Source: Eledone cirrhosa
Lineage: Eukaryota
Length of the DNA stretch: 64,000 bases
Reading direction: 5' to 3'
Assembly: GCA_964016885.1 (NCBI GenBank)
Contig: OZ024742.1
Location: 290,532,001-290,596,000 of the forward strand
Position numbers and translations under genes: made by a program. Positions 1 through 12,402 of this stretch are shown one piece after another; within the stretch, counting starts at the first letter, position 1; each line of letters starts with the position of its first letter. The notes below the pieces were generated by a model. It was given only the letters and a program-made list of their open reading frames with translations. It was not told where the DNA came from and did not search any database.

Positions 1-85
1 CAGATAAAATAAATTGATGTCTGACACACCTCAACTGTGCTGATGGTTCAATTCCAGTCTTGGCAGTATTTGGCAGACATCAATT

Positions 86-151
86 TATTTTATTTGATGA
101 GGACGTACTGATGATATAGCTCAGTACCTCTGAAATATGTATAATAAAATA
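86..151 (+). ncRNA. Minimal type I hammerhead ribozyme (Penelope-type), C3U variant
   Basis: Stem I tattttat/ataaaata, core TTGATGA (94-100), stem II gtactga/tcagtac, GAAA, short helix III tatgta, TA cleavage site. The inverted copy at 1-23 retains the C (revcomp ...ttatCTG). Confidence 0.6.
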
Positions 152-313
152 TATTTGATCATATGAATGTCTATATTTATTAATATTTTGAAGTAATATT
201 AATAACTCCAGAAAATCTTTTTTGTCGAGTGCTTCTAATCTATTGTAAAACTTTATTCATTGATTAATCAATGAACCTTGTTAAACTTTTGGTTATATAT
301 ATATATATATATA

Positions 314-552
314 TCATCATCATCATCATCATCATTTTACATCCACTTTTCCCTGCTTGCAAGGGTGGGACAGGAACTGATTCTGGCTTGATTTCTACAG
401 CTGGATGCCCTTTGTAACACCAACCTCATTTATAGTGAGTGCTGGGTGCTTTTTGCCGTGGCACCTTCACGACCACTTTGCAGTGGAATGATAGGGACCC
501 CGGTCCTATCATCTCATTTCTACAGCTAAGTAAACTGGAGCAATGTGAAATA
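314..552 (-). mobile_element. 5'-truncated CORE-type SINE with RTE-derived tail
   Basis: Near-identical to part of the 55440-55770 copy; (ATG)n tail. Confidence 0.75.
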
Positions 553-704
553 TATATATATATATATAGTTAAAAGAATAGAGGTGTAACACACAAGTTA
601 TTATATATTGGTAAACGGAATAGAAAATGCTGACAAATTGTTCACAGTTGAAAAATGGTTTAATTAGGAATAAAAGAGTATTAGTGATTGTATGGGTTAG
701 TATT

Positions 705-902
705 CAGTTGTGGTTTTAAGTTTTTAAGTTTTTACCGGTTGCGCATTTCTAAATGCTTTTCAAAAATAAATTTGAGATAGAGTGTCCGTGCTGTTTGCTC
801 TGATCTGAGCAAACAGCACGGACACTCTATCTTAAGATTATTTTTGAAAAGCATTTAGAAATGCGCAACCGGTAAAAACTTAAAAACTTAAAACCACAAC
901 TG
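705..902. repeat. 198-bp near-perfect palindrome (96-bp arms), probable inverted Penelope pLTR
   Basis: cagttgtggttttaag...gtttgctc TGATCT gagcaaac...cttaaaaccacaactg, with about 3 arm mismatches. Confidence 0.9.
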
Positions 903-1104
903 TGCCTAACATAGAATCAATTATTACACATAGACTATATTCTTACTTTATATCACCTTGAAAAAATCCTTCGTAAACATAAACATTTTTTTTTGACGTT
1001 AGATTATTCATCCTCTATTCATTATTTTTTTCTCACTTTCATCTAACTTATTCATGCTCATCTCACAATATATCCTTACTTACATTACTTATGTGTTTTT
1101 TTAA

Positions 1105-1272
1105 TAATACATATCAACATTTTCTTTCCATCGCACATATTATTAAACCCTTAACATTATTCTTAATACATATTAACATTTTCTTTCCATCGCACATATT
1201 ATTAAACCCTTAAATATTATTCTTAATACATATTAACAATTTCTTTTCATCGCACATATTATTAAACCCTTC
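1105..1272. repeat. Tandem repeat, about 3 x 58-60 bp
   Basis: Unit taatacatattaacattttctttccatcgcacatattattaaacccttaa... Confidence 0.8.
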
Positions 1273-1644
1273 AATATACAAACCTTAACTTTACATTATT
1301 TTTTCTCTTCGTTAATTTTCAAATTCTTTTAATTTATACATTATCTTCCAATGGTTTTTCAACCTCTCTATGTAAAACAATATATTTTTCTCAGTTATAA
1401 AAGCTATCTCTCTCTCTCTATCAGCCATCTCTCCTCCTATCTCATCCTTCCTCATTACACTCCTCCCCCTCCACTTTTTACTCTCATCTCCTCCTCTTTT
1501 TCATCATTTCCACCCCACCCCACACACCCCACCCCCCCCCAATTTTTTTCCCCAATATCACACATCAATCTAAAACTACTTTTCATATGTTGATTTAAAA
1601 CTGCACTATCCACAAGTGTTTTTAACCTTCATATCATGTCCTCA

Positions 1645-1715
1645 TATTTTATCTGATGAAAACACAAATGTCATTGCATGATGATATTTGTTTTTGAAAT
1701 GCGCATAATAAAATA
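1645..1715 (+). ncRNA. Intact minimal type I hammerhead ribozyme (Penelope-like element pLTR)
   Basis: tattttat-CTGATGA-stem II (acaaatgtcat/atgatatttgt)-GAAA-palindromic tgcgca-TA-ataaaata. All core nucleotides are present and stem I is a perfect 8 bp. Confidence 0.8.
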
Positions 1716-1743
1716 CATGGAACTCATTTAACCATCTTTTGAT

Positions 1744-1789
<46 letters not shown>

Positions 1790-2269
1790 ATAAGAACAGA
1801 TTAAAGTTTAAGCAAAGAATCGCTGCTTTCAACATTAACGGGATCTTCTGAAGCTAAAAAATATAATCTGTGAACGCAGAAGTAAATGCAACTGAAGGAA
1901 AACAGGAAGACGATATTTTGGTTCGTGAAGACAATAAATGGAAAAAAAGCGAGGATAATACGTCGTTATGTGGACTGAGAAGAACAATTTCATGCAAAGA
2001 CAAGACCAAGTTTATGGCATAAATGGAGTCGTTAGACTAATATTCTATTTAAAATAACCGAATGATTTCCAGCCCCGGAGTTTAAGAATTATGTAAATAA
2101 AATTGAAAACGAAAATGACAGAGGTTATTAAAATAGTAAAAGTAAATAGGGAAGATTTAGGCCAGTACATATGTATGCGCCGACGGACATACACATACAT
2201 ATACATACACACACACAAATACATACACACACACACACACACACACACACGCACGAACGCACATGTGTG

Positions 2270-2700
2270 TGTGTGTGTAAGACTTATGCATTTCTACAGT
2301 ATTTTCACCAAACTTAAGACATAAGTTACTTATGTACTCCGGATGGTCATGGGCACTTTCATTTTTCCAGATATTGATTATAGGGCTTCCCGGCAGATAA
2401 CCCCCTTCAACCGCTTCCTTGGAGTTGACTGAAGCACTGCAGTGCAATGTAACAAAACGTCATAACTTCTGGAGTTCGCAACCGATTTTCACAAAACTTG
2501 ACACATGGGCTACGATTGTTCTACAGATGAATGTGATTTGGCACATATCGAGTAGGGGATCCCTGGGGGCAGGAACCCCCTTTGGGAAAAAGCCGATGAT
2601 TTTGTAAAAGTATAGTTTTCGAATCAGCACTGAAGTATTGACATAAATGGTATACATAACTGCTATTTAATACCCGAGCAACGCCGGGTACCTCTGCTAG
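2270..2700 (+). mobile_element. Non-autonomous Helitron (3' end clear, 5' end uncertain)
   Basis: Terminal hairpin tacccg-agcaacgc-cgggta followed by cctctgCTAG|T at 2697-2701; same terminus type as 37859-37886. Confidence 0.7.
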
Positions 2701-2954
2701 TATTTTATACATTTGAAGAATGCCTTGCAAATGTGGTTTTATGCAGTACATGATGTTAAGAGTTAATGTGATGCAGTCCTACTGTTCTGTTATACTTTTC
2801 AAGAACATGTTGCCAATGCAGTTTCCTGAAGTGTACCACATGCAAAGTTAATTTGAAAATAAAATTTATCCCTTTGTGCTCCATTATTCTATTTGCAAAC
2901 ATCTAAAATCAAAATGGAAGTAAACATGATTCTATTTATTATTTCTTCTAACAG

Positions 2955-3017
2955 AAATTTGACGAGTATTTTATATGTCACGTGATGTATACAAGTGGAG
3001 TTATTTCAAACACGGAA
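2955..3017 (+). CDS. Candidate upstream 63-nt exon of the PARP gene (possible macrodomain fragment)
   Basis: atttcttctaacAG acceptor, open frame KFDEYFICHVMYTSGVISNTE, GTAAGG donor. In this frame its phase does not join directly to the 12403 exon, so an unseen exon would be needed. Confidence 0.35.
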
Positions 3018-3169
3018 GTAAGGAATGCATTTATATCAGAGGGTAAAGTATTTGTTACTTAATTCTGAATATTATTATTAAGAGGATTTTAAAGAGTTGT
3101 CAAGGGCACAACAGCCACTCTAGTGTTGGTGATATCACTTTACAGAATGGATTGCGTGCATTTTATCAT

Positions 3170-3650
3170 GGCAGTTGCGCAAAGTGATCATTGCATTACA
3201 ATGCCTGTGTGTGAAGTGCAATACTGCATAGTAGTGAAACATGGACTGTGACTGCAGAGGGCATGTGTAGACTGGAGAGAAATGAAGCAACCATGCTCCG
3301 TTGGATATGTAGTGTAAGTGCAAGAGAGAGGCAGAGCTAGGTTTAAGAGAAATCTGAGGTAGTATGCAGGAGAGAAGACTGCATTGGTTTGGACATGTGA
3401 TGAGCATGGACAATGATCATTGGGTGAAGAAGAGCTAGGAAATGCCTGTGGGAGGAAATAACGGTAGAGATAGACCAAGAAAGACCTGGACAGAGGTTGT
3501 GAAAGCTGACTTCAAATCACTGAGATTTACAGAGGTGATGATAAAGGATTGCATTGTGTAGAGATGCCATATTGAGGAGAAGCCATCCAACCCATACAAG
3601 CGTGGAAAAGCGGATGTTAAATTAATGATTATTATGATGATGATGATGAT
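3170..3650 (+). mobile_element. Decayed RTE LINE 3' fragment
   Basis: Remnants of ACV..AILHSSETW, RRLHWFGHV, GRPRKTW and an (ATG)n tail. Confidence 0.7.
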
Positions 3651-3734
3651 AATATATATAGTTAGAAATAGAAGCTTTCATCGCATTTTAACCAAAGAAA
3701 ATTATACTTACTACAAATTTATAGTTTATAATTT

Positions 3735-4380
3735 GAATGTTATAGTTCTCCAGGCTGTAACAGAGGAGTTTCAGACTGGCTGTCTATGGCAACTTCTATA
3801 TGCATATGATTTAGTTCTTATTGCTGAATCATAAGAAGAGCCTGAAAAGAAATTCCTGCTGGAGAAACAGAATTTAGAATGAAAAGGGTCTAGATTAAAT
3901 ATAGCAAAGACCAGTCTTAGTAAATAAGAAAGAAGACAAAACTCTGACTCTATGAAGGAAGTGCCTGTGCTTGATGTGTAGAAAAAGAGTAGGTAGGAAC
4001 TCCGCATGATGTACACAATGTAAAACATGGATACAGTGGGATACCTGACAGGTGTAGTTTGTAGTTAGTGCAACATTGAAATAAACTTTTTCCTATCTTG
4101 GGATGATTCAACAGAGGTACTGGGTAGCTTCTGTTACTTAGGTAACTTAATTAGCTGTGAAGCATAGTGTCTAGAATAAGAACAGGTTGGAAAAACTTTT
4201 AGGGGTAAAGGGTTGATTATATGATACCTGCATGAGAAATGTGATGTTGCTTGGCAGAGAGATATGGGCAATGAATGCAGAGGATATTTGGAGGCTGGAG
4301 AGAAATTAAGTGAGGATGCTCTGTTCGGTCTGTATTGTTAATGTGCTTGAACAACAAAGCATAGATGAGCTGAGAATTAG
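3735..4380 (+). mobile_element. Decayed RTE LINE RT fragment
   Basis: LQAVTEEFQTGCLWQLLYAYDLVLIAES, homologous to the LYADDL region of the intact copies. Confidence 0.75.
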
Positions 4381-4649
4381 ATATAGTACTATTTTACATG
4401 TTTTTAATAATATGCCTCAATCTGTTGGACCCTTTCTAAAAACTAACCTTCTCCTAAAGTTACCCATTTCCCCCTCCCAATACCACCATTGCTATTTGGT
4501 ACAATCATAACTCAGCGGTTTATAGTAAGTTCTCTTACCAATCTCTATAGCAAAACCACCACCTCGGTTATTACTCCTTATGTTTAGACCTGGTTGCCTT
4601 TCGGTTTGCTAAATGGACTGCAGAATTTGGAGAGTTTGAACACTCAATG

Positions 4650-7600
4650 ACAATGTCACAGATAAAGATAAATTCACCTCCCACTGCCAGACGAGAATGC
4701 AAGGACTCCTCTTTATTTCAGACATGGATGACCAACATAATTCTGTCTCCCACAGCCCTCCCTGCGCTCCCAACCCATCCATTCCACCCACCCAACGAAA
4801 TCCAAAACTTCAGAGTTGGTACCATGAACGTAGGCACATTGAAAGGTCACTGAAATGAGGTTGTAGAGATGCTTGAACGTAAGGAAGTTGATGTTTGTTG
4901 TGTTCAAGAGACTAGGTGGAAGGGTGGGTCTGCTAGATTCATTGTGGGTAAAAAACGAAGCTATAAACTTTTCTGGGTGGGAAATGATAATGAGCTGGGG
5001 GAAGTAGGAATTATGTTAGCTGAAAATAGGTAGATAAGGTAATTGCCGTAAATAGAGTGAATGACAGAATAATTAAAATACAACTAGTTCTAATTAGAAC
5101 TACTGTGACAATAATATCCGCTTGTGAACCCCAATCTGGCCTACTTAACGTTATAAAAGACAGGTTCTATGAGTCGCTAATGCTCACTACCTCCCAAATA
5201 ACCGACACTGACTACTTAATTATTGTTGGTAACCTTAATGGATTATATCCTTACTAGAAGACGTGACAGAGTGTCTGTTGTAAACACTAAGTCCCTCCTC
5301 CATGAAGAATGCGCCTCCCAACATAGCCTAGTAGTTAGTGACCTCATAGTCAGGACTAGACGCACTCAACGACAGAGGAGGACTACCTTGAGGAGAAGAA
5401 TATGGAAGTTAAAGGACCCCACAACCAGTGACAAATTTAAAAGCTTATTACTTGATGCTTTTTGAAAATAAGGAAGAGCAATTAGAGACGTACAATATAG
5501 AGGAACAGTGGGTATTCCTGAAAGTTAACCTGCTTGAAGGCAACAGATGAAATCTGTGGCTAGAGCAGATCTATAGGCATGAGGAGAGTAACTTGGTGGT
5601 GGAACAGTAAGATGGAGGAGACAATCAAGGCCAAAAAGCAGGCTTCGAAAGTATGGTGGGAAGGGGCAAATAGAGAACACTATCAAGTGGCCAGGAGAGA
5701 AGTTATGGGACAAGTGTACCTAGCAAAAAGGGAAGCAGAGGATAGAAAGTTCAAGCATGTTCTACAACGTGAGGTGTTCAGGATTGTGAGACAATGTGTC
5801 AAAGAAAATTGTGATATTGTCGGGAAAAGTGTGTCCGTAATGATGATGGTGTACTTGCCCTCACTTACACTGATAAGAAGATAGCTTGGAAGTGTCACTA
5901 CGAGAGACTACTAAATGAGGACAATAAATAGGAAAAAGATCTAATAGAGGGACCAGCAGTGCAAGTTAGTGGTTGTATAATAAGTAAGGCAATCAAAGAT
6001 ATGAAGACGGGGAAGGCGGCTGGGCCTTTGGAGATAGTTGCTGAGATGTTGAAAGCATCTGGAATGATCGGACATACTATGGTCACCCGGATAGTAAACC
6101 AAGTAATACAGAATGGGGTCATACCAAAGGACTGGCATAGCAGCAGCATCATTAACTGCTACAAGGCTAAAGGAGATGCTCTAGATAGGGGAAACTTTAG
6201 AGGCATTAAGTTAGTTGACTAGGTCTTGAAGATCACATTAAAGAGTTATAGCACAACTAATCAGAGATCGAATTGATCTAGATGAAATGCAGTTTGGGTT
6301 TGTGTCAAGTAAAAATACCACAGATGCTCTTTTCCTTGTACGACAACTACAGAAGTACCTAGCTAAAAGTAATAACCTCTACTTAGCTTTTGTTGACTTG
6401 GAGAAAGCCTTTGACAGATTCCCACGCTCTATTATCTGGTGGGCCCTTAGAACACTAGGAGTAGATCAATGCCTTGTGAGAGCTATACAAGCCATGTATA
6501 AAGATACAGTCAGCAAGATTAGAATTTACAATGCTTATAGTGAAGAATTTAGCGTAAATGTTGGTGTTCATCAAGGCTCTATCCTTATCCCGCTCCTGTT
6601 TATTATTGCCCTTCAGGCTATAACAGAGGAGTTTAAGACCGGCGGCCCAATGGAACTTCTATACGCAGATGATCTAACTCTCATAGCTGAATCTATGGCT
6701 TAACTAGAGAAGAAATTCCAAACATGGAAGATTGGCCTAGAATCAAAAGGCCTTAAAGTTAACTTGTCTAAGACTAAAGTTCTAGTATATAAAAATGGGA
6801 AATGGCCATGCTCAGTGTGTAGGAAAGGAGTAGGTAGAAATTCCATTCTATGCTCCAAATGCAAACAATGGGTACATAAAAGATGTAGTGGGATCTCAGG
6901 CAAGCTATCTAAGAACGTAGATATTATATGTGGCCGATGCTCAGGTGCAATAAGTAGCAAATGCCCACTGGATACTAGCTCCTTCAACTGCCCAGATGGT
7001 TTTATAGAAATAGTTGATACTTTCTGTTACCTGGGTGACAAAATCAGCAGTGGTGGAGGGTGCTCTGAAAGTACAGTAGCCAAAGTTAGAACGGGATGGA
7101 CAAATTTCAGAGAGCTTATACCGCTGTTGGCCACAAAATGTTTCTCTCTGAAAATGAAAGGCAGATTGTTTGATGCTTGTATACGAACAGCAATGTTACA
7201 TGGCAGTGAGACATGGGCATTGTGTGCAGAGGATCTGCCCAGACTGGAAAGGAACGAAGCATGCATGCTCCATTGGATGTGTAATAGTAATATACACGAA
7301 CGGCAAAATGAACTAAGTGAGAAATTAGGAATAAGAGGGATCAGATGCTGTTTACTTGAGAGAAGATTACGTTGGTATGGTCACATGATGCGCATGAAAG
7401 ATGACAGCTGTATAAAAAAGTGAAGGGTGTTCAAAATTAATTGAAGTTATGGAGTAGGGAGACCCAGAAAAACCTGGGACGACATGATAAATTCCGACCT
7501 TGCACACTTGTACCTCTGTAAGACAAAGTCACTGGTTCTGAAGATCTTTGGTGCCACACAGTAATACAGAAAACCCACCTTCCCTATGTGCAAAGTTAAC

Positions 7601-7674
7601 CTACAGTCAGTAGGCCCCTCCAAACCAAACATACACCCCAACTACCACTACTGCATTAAACAATGATGATGATG
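4650..7674 (+). mobile_element. RTE-clade LINE, near full length, pseudogenised (copy 1)
   Basis: APE start RVGTMNVGTLKG, RT (QFGF, FVDLEKAFD, GVHQGS, LYADDL), PHD-like Cys/His insert, RRLRWYGH, (ATG)n tail. Many stops, frameshifts and internal deletions. Confidence 0.93.
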
Positions 7675-7811
7675 TACAAGAAAGGAGATTGTGTTGGTAT
7701 GGGCATGTGGTTCAAATGGTACAGAAATCCTAGTGTAAGAAAGACTGAGGAAAACCTGGGCAGAAGTTATGAGAGCAACTCTCCAAAGTGAGAACCTCAC
7801 AGAGAAGATAA

Positions 7812-7996
7812 TTGTTTCTACATTTGGCACATGGCCAGTAATTATCCCAGTGCATTACTGGTACTTTATTTTATCGACCCCGTAAGGATGAAAGGCAAAG
7901 TTAACCTCAGCGAGATTTGAACTCAGAATGGCAAGGGGCGTAACTCTATGCGTCAAAGCATGGCTTCCGACCCTCTACCGATACTGCCAATCCATG
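7812..7996 (-). mobile_element. tRNA-derived SINE with 17-bp target-site duplication
   Basis: A box TGGCAGTATCGG and B box GAGTTCAAATC on the minus strand; flanked by CCTCACAGAGAAGATAA at 7795-7811 and 7997-8013. Confidence 0.88.
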
Positions 7997-9736
7997 CCTC
8001 ACAGAGAAGATAAAGGAACAAAACAAATGAGTTGAGGTTGGGCTGGGGAAGACTGTTTAATCATGGATTAACAGTTGTATAATGATGATGATGATTATAT
8101 AGGTATGTGAGGGAAAAATGAGTTAGTTTTAGGAAGACACTACAATACAAATGGAACTATGAATATTGAGTTAACTATGCAAGATAAAGAAAAAAGGAAA
8201 GTGAGAGATGAAAAAAAAAACAGAACAAAAAAAGAAAAAGCAAAGAAAGCATTGCTTATGCATATGCTCAACCCACAAATCAACAACAGAATGGAACTCA
8301 GCACATATTATTTTACATGAAAGGACACACACACACAACAATTTACACAAGAAATTTGCTTTAACTAGATAATACATATGGCCATTGGTGTCATCCTCCT
8401 TCTTCTCGTGGATACTACAGCAAATGTCATGCACAACGCTTGAAAGTGGTTTAGAAAATTTTTAATTTAAATCTAATTTCAAAGCAAATAGACTGGAACG
8501 TTTTGCTCTTAGAGTTCCCAATACTCCGAGGAAGGGAATTTTAAGTCCTGAAATATTAGATTGAAAGGAAAAAAAAAAGATAATAGTAGTAAATACCAAA
8601 TAACTAACCTTTTCATTGACTTCATTTTACCGTTTATTTCGTATTGTCTTAGCCTTAAACATAACACTTTCTACATTATATACTAGATACAATGCTTCAA
8701 GCAAACTACAACATTCTATTATTACAAAAATTGATGGGATTGAATGTAACTTTAGAAATATTTAATAGTGTTGTATATTTCAGATAAGATATCACTTATC
8801 AACATAAAGCAAAACGCTAAATAACTTTCTGGGTTGAACAGGTCTTTACAGATCAAGTTAGTACTTATGTGGGTCTACTGACATTGCAATAGGACAGGAG
8901 TCCATATTCTTTCTTACACATGATCTCACACTCTACTGAGTTCATTTTATCATAGCATAAGCACTAGAGGAGTTGTAATGATTTGACACAACTGAGGAGG
9001 CTTTCAAACCCTTGTTTGGCAAGCTTTCCATGGCTGGATGTCCTTCACCAACTACTTTGCAGTGTGTACTGAGTCTATTTATAGTGTAGGTCACTAACAC
9101 TAGGGAGATTTTGCATGCTGTTGCTGCAACTCAAGGGTCCTCACAACCTTTTGGCATGGTCTCTAAGGCCATGTGCCCTTTATCGCCTACCACGCTTACA
9201 GGATGTACTGAGTGCATTTCCATGTTACCAACATTAGAGAGGTTGTCAGTTATTGTCCCAAATGAAGAGCCCTCTCTGTTCTGCAAGGGTGGAGGGAGGT
9301 TAGGAGATGGGAGCTAAGCATGAAGTTATGGATGATGTATGGTGGGGTGTGATTTGATAGAATGATGAGTAGTTTGAGGAGTGACATCTAATAGTGTCAG
9401 GATGTATAGTGATGTTGAGAATACCTAAACTGTGGTAGTGGTGGCGGTGTGATCACGTGTGTGGGGAGGGGCTGTGTAGTATTGAAGAGCTAAGAAGTGG
9501 TAGTGGAGGGGGAATTGGTAGAGAGAAATGCACATGTGTGGAGAAATAGCTACTAGGGTGCAATAGAGAAGGTGCCTAAGGACTTTAGAGGTAGAGGGAG
9601 GTATTGCTAAGAAGTGATACTGGGATGGAAATGTGCAGTGATGGGTCAGGTCACATTTATGCTGGTGGCTGAGTCTTCAACAACTTTGTGATGTGTATAT
9701 ATGAAAATAACGCTAAAAGTTCGACCAGCCTGACCT

Positions 9737-12082
9737 TGTAGTGACCTACATTCCGCGGGCTCACATACATTCTCTGTGCGTGATTTGGCTCAGTTCAGCC
9801 AATCAGCGCCAGTAGAAGAGGATGTATCCCTACGCGCCCTGAGGAAGAAATTCACTGCGAAGATTTGAAGAATCTTTCTCTTGTACCAGAAACTTCGAGC
9901 CAGCAACACGCATAATGTAGCAGTGAGATATTGCACCCCTAGCCTCGCCGGCTTAACGGCGCAATGGCACATTCCCTTTTGTAACCTCTTTTTAGCTGTA
10001 ACTTCAACCATATAAATAAACAAACATTTCATCTCTAATTACTGCGGTTGAAGTCGTTGTTATGTTACTCGTGTCTCAATAACATCTTTAATCCGTGCTG
10101 CTGGAATTGGCGACCTGACGAAAGGAATATTGTAAATAGATGGTAAATAGATCAAGGGACCTTCCCTCACGTCTATGTCAACAAGATAATCCAAGGAGGA
10201 TACTATCACTTACCACCCTGCTAAAGTGGCGACTACTCAATAATCAATACTGTTAAAGTGGTGACCGACGTAAGATTATCACGCAGCCCTTCTTATTCAT
10301 TCAGTTTAACTTTTATTGCCACGTCGCAACTTGCGAAAATCCAGAATATTCCTTTTAAGATCTTTGAAAAATTAGCAGTATTTCAAAAACTTTTTCGCCA
10401 CGAAAAAATTTCAAGATGGCTACATGGTTACGCTTGACAACAGCAATGATAGCAGCAGCGACAGCGTTGTTTAACCACTGACCAATACAGGGAACAGTGA
10501 GTGGCAGCTTCATAACCTTACCGACGCCAACCACCACACATCGGAAATTTCAAAACGGCTTGTAACTTTACCGACGCAACCACCATACCTTCTGTCTCGT
10601 TACCACAGGGACGCGAGAAATTGTGACAGTAGTTTTCTCACCATTATGGCGTCAGACGTGACTGCCATATTTGGTGACTCCTACTCTACAGAAGATTCTT
10701 TGACTTTGCTTTAACAATAAGCAACACAACCTTATGCCACACAAAATGGCCACGATATCTCACAAAAACACCATACATCTAACCCCTAACGGCATTAACA
10801 AACTTCTTTTTCAGTTTTCAGATAGAACTAGTGTCTGTGAACTATTTGACTTTGAAAAACTTTGAACTTATTGAGCAATTTCTCTGCTCCCCTAGATTGA
10901 CTTTGAATTATCAGTTTGTTACATTCATATATTTCTTTGTAGAATGCATTTACTTGTTTTGTGCTCTTTTGCTATTTGCTTGCTCATGGTTTTTGTTCAT
11001 TCACATTCTTTGCTGTTTTACATGCCTGCATATGCACACATTTTTTTTATCACACAGCAACATGTTGTTCTTGGTATATGTTCTTCAAACGTAATATTCT
11101 GCGAGTCCCTTTTCACCTGGTTGAGATGCTGTCACATGCTAGCAGCTCACAGAGCTTAATCCACTGGATTCAAACAGTCACCGCAACACGAGAATACTAA
11201 TTGCAGCTGAACTCAAACAGCTTCGCATCTCGTTGCACACTGATCGTCCATGACGGCCATCCGTATTGTTGTTTTTGCCCGACTCGCTGGGAAAGCAACA
11301 AATTGAACTGGACTTGTCAACATTTCGGCCACTTCTGTGGATTCGCCCGAATTATGGAATTTACACTGCAACCCACCTACAGATTAAACTTGCCTTTTGT
11401 TCTTTACAAAGCAACCAGCCATTTTTTTCCTGGCTCCACAGCACATTCGACAATACATCTGGGGGCCATCATTTTCTCGCCAGCACTGGTAAACTACCAT
11501 AATAGCTTCGTTCACAGCTACTGGTACAACGCTTACCATTAACATTTAATGCAAGAACAGCAACTCCGCCCATGTCAGACTTTATCCGTTTTTTGTTAGA
11601 CCTTTGGCGGTCACGTATAAACAACAAAACAACTGGTCATTTGACACAGCGGCTCAACACGGCCCGTAGCGCCTAATTTTTTGTTCTTGCATGCAACCTT
11701 CTGCTCAATTATTTTTTCACTGATGTGCTCTTTCAGCATTTGTTCTTGCTGATTTAATAATATGTGGGTCCTTGGTTTCTTCGTTATCGATTTTCGGCTG
11801 AAAATCTGGTCGGAGGTGATGTAGTGACCTACATTCCGCGGGCTCACATACATTCTCTGTGCGTGATTTGGCTCAGTTCAGCCAATCAGCGCCAGTAGAA
11901 GAGGATGTATCCCTACGCGCCCTGAGGAAGAAATTCACCGCGAAGATTTGAAGAATCTCTCTCTTGTACCAGAAACTTCGAGCCAGCAACACGCATAATG
12001 TAGCAGTGAGATATTGCACCCCTAGCCTCGCCGGCTTAACGGCGCAATGGCACATTCCCTTTTGTAACCTCTTTTATCTGTA
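9737..12082 (+). mobile_element. Non-autonomous (internally deleted) Gypsy-type LTR retrotransposon
   Basis: Direct repeats starting TGTAGTGACC at 9737 and 11820 (about 260 bp, about 3 differences; second copy truncated). PBS-like TGGTGACC.GACGT at 10259, purine tract GGAGGTGA before the 3' LTR. 10720-11000 is homologous to the integrase end and 3' UTR of the Gypsy at 61770-62097. No pol. Confidence 0.85.
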
Positions 12083-12402
12083 TGTTAAGTTACTATCTTA
12101 GTAATGAAATTATTTATAATTTTAGTAAATCTATCCAAATTCTTAATTAAATAATTGAAATACATAGTTCATATTTAAATTAGTATCTTCTAACATAATT
12201 TTATATAAGAACCATATGTTAAGTTACTATTTTGTTAATGAAATAACAATTTTACTAAATCCCTCAAAATTTCCATTAATTGGAATACAGTAATATTGGT
12301 ACAAATGGGTTAATATCTTGTCTAGGTACAGTAACATAAGAAAGCATCTGTTAGTTATATGACTATTTTTCTTTGACAAAATGAGTATTTCTTTTATTTC
12401 AG

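Noticed and set aside
2045-2447. ORFs rich in VC/HT dipeptides
   Set aside because: Translations of (CA)n and (TACA)n microsatellites.
8515-8565. Hammerhead-like CCGAGGA...GAAA
   Set aside because: The core, helix III and stem I are too degenerate to call.
8784-8880. Candidate PARP exon after gtatatttcAG
   Set aside because: Stops occur in all three frames before any GT donor.
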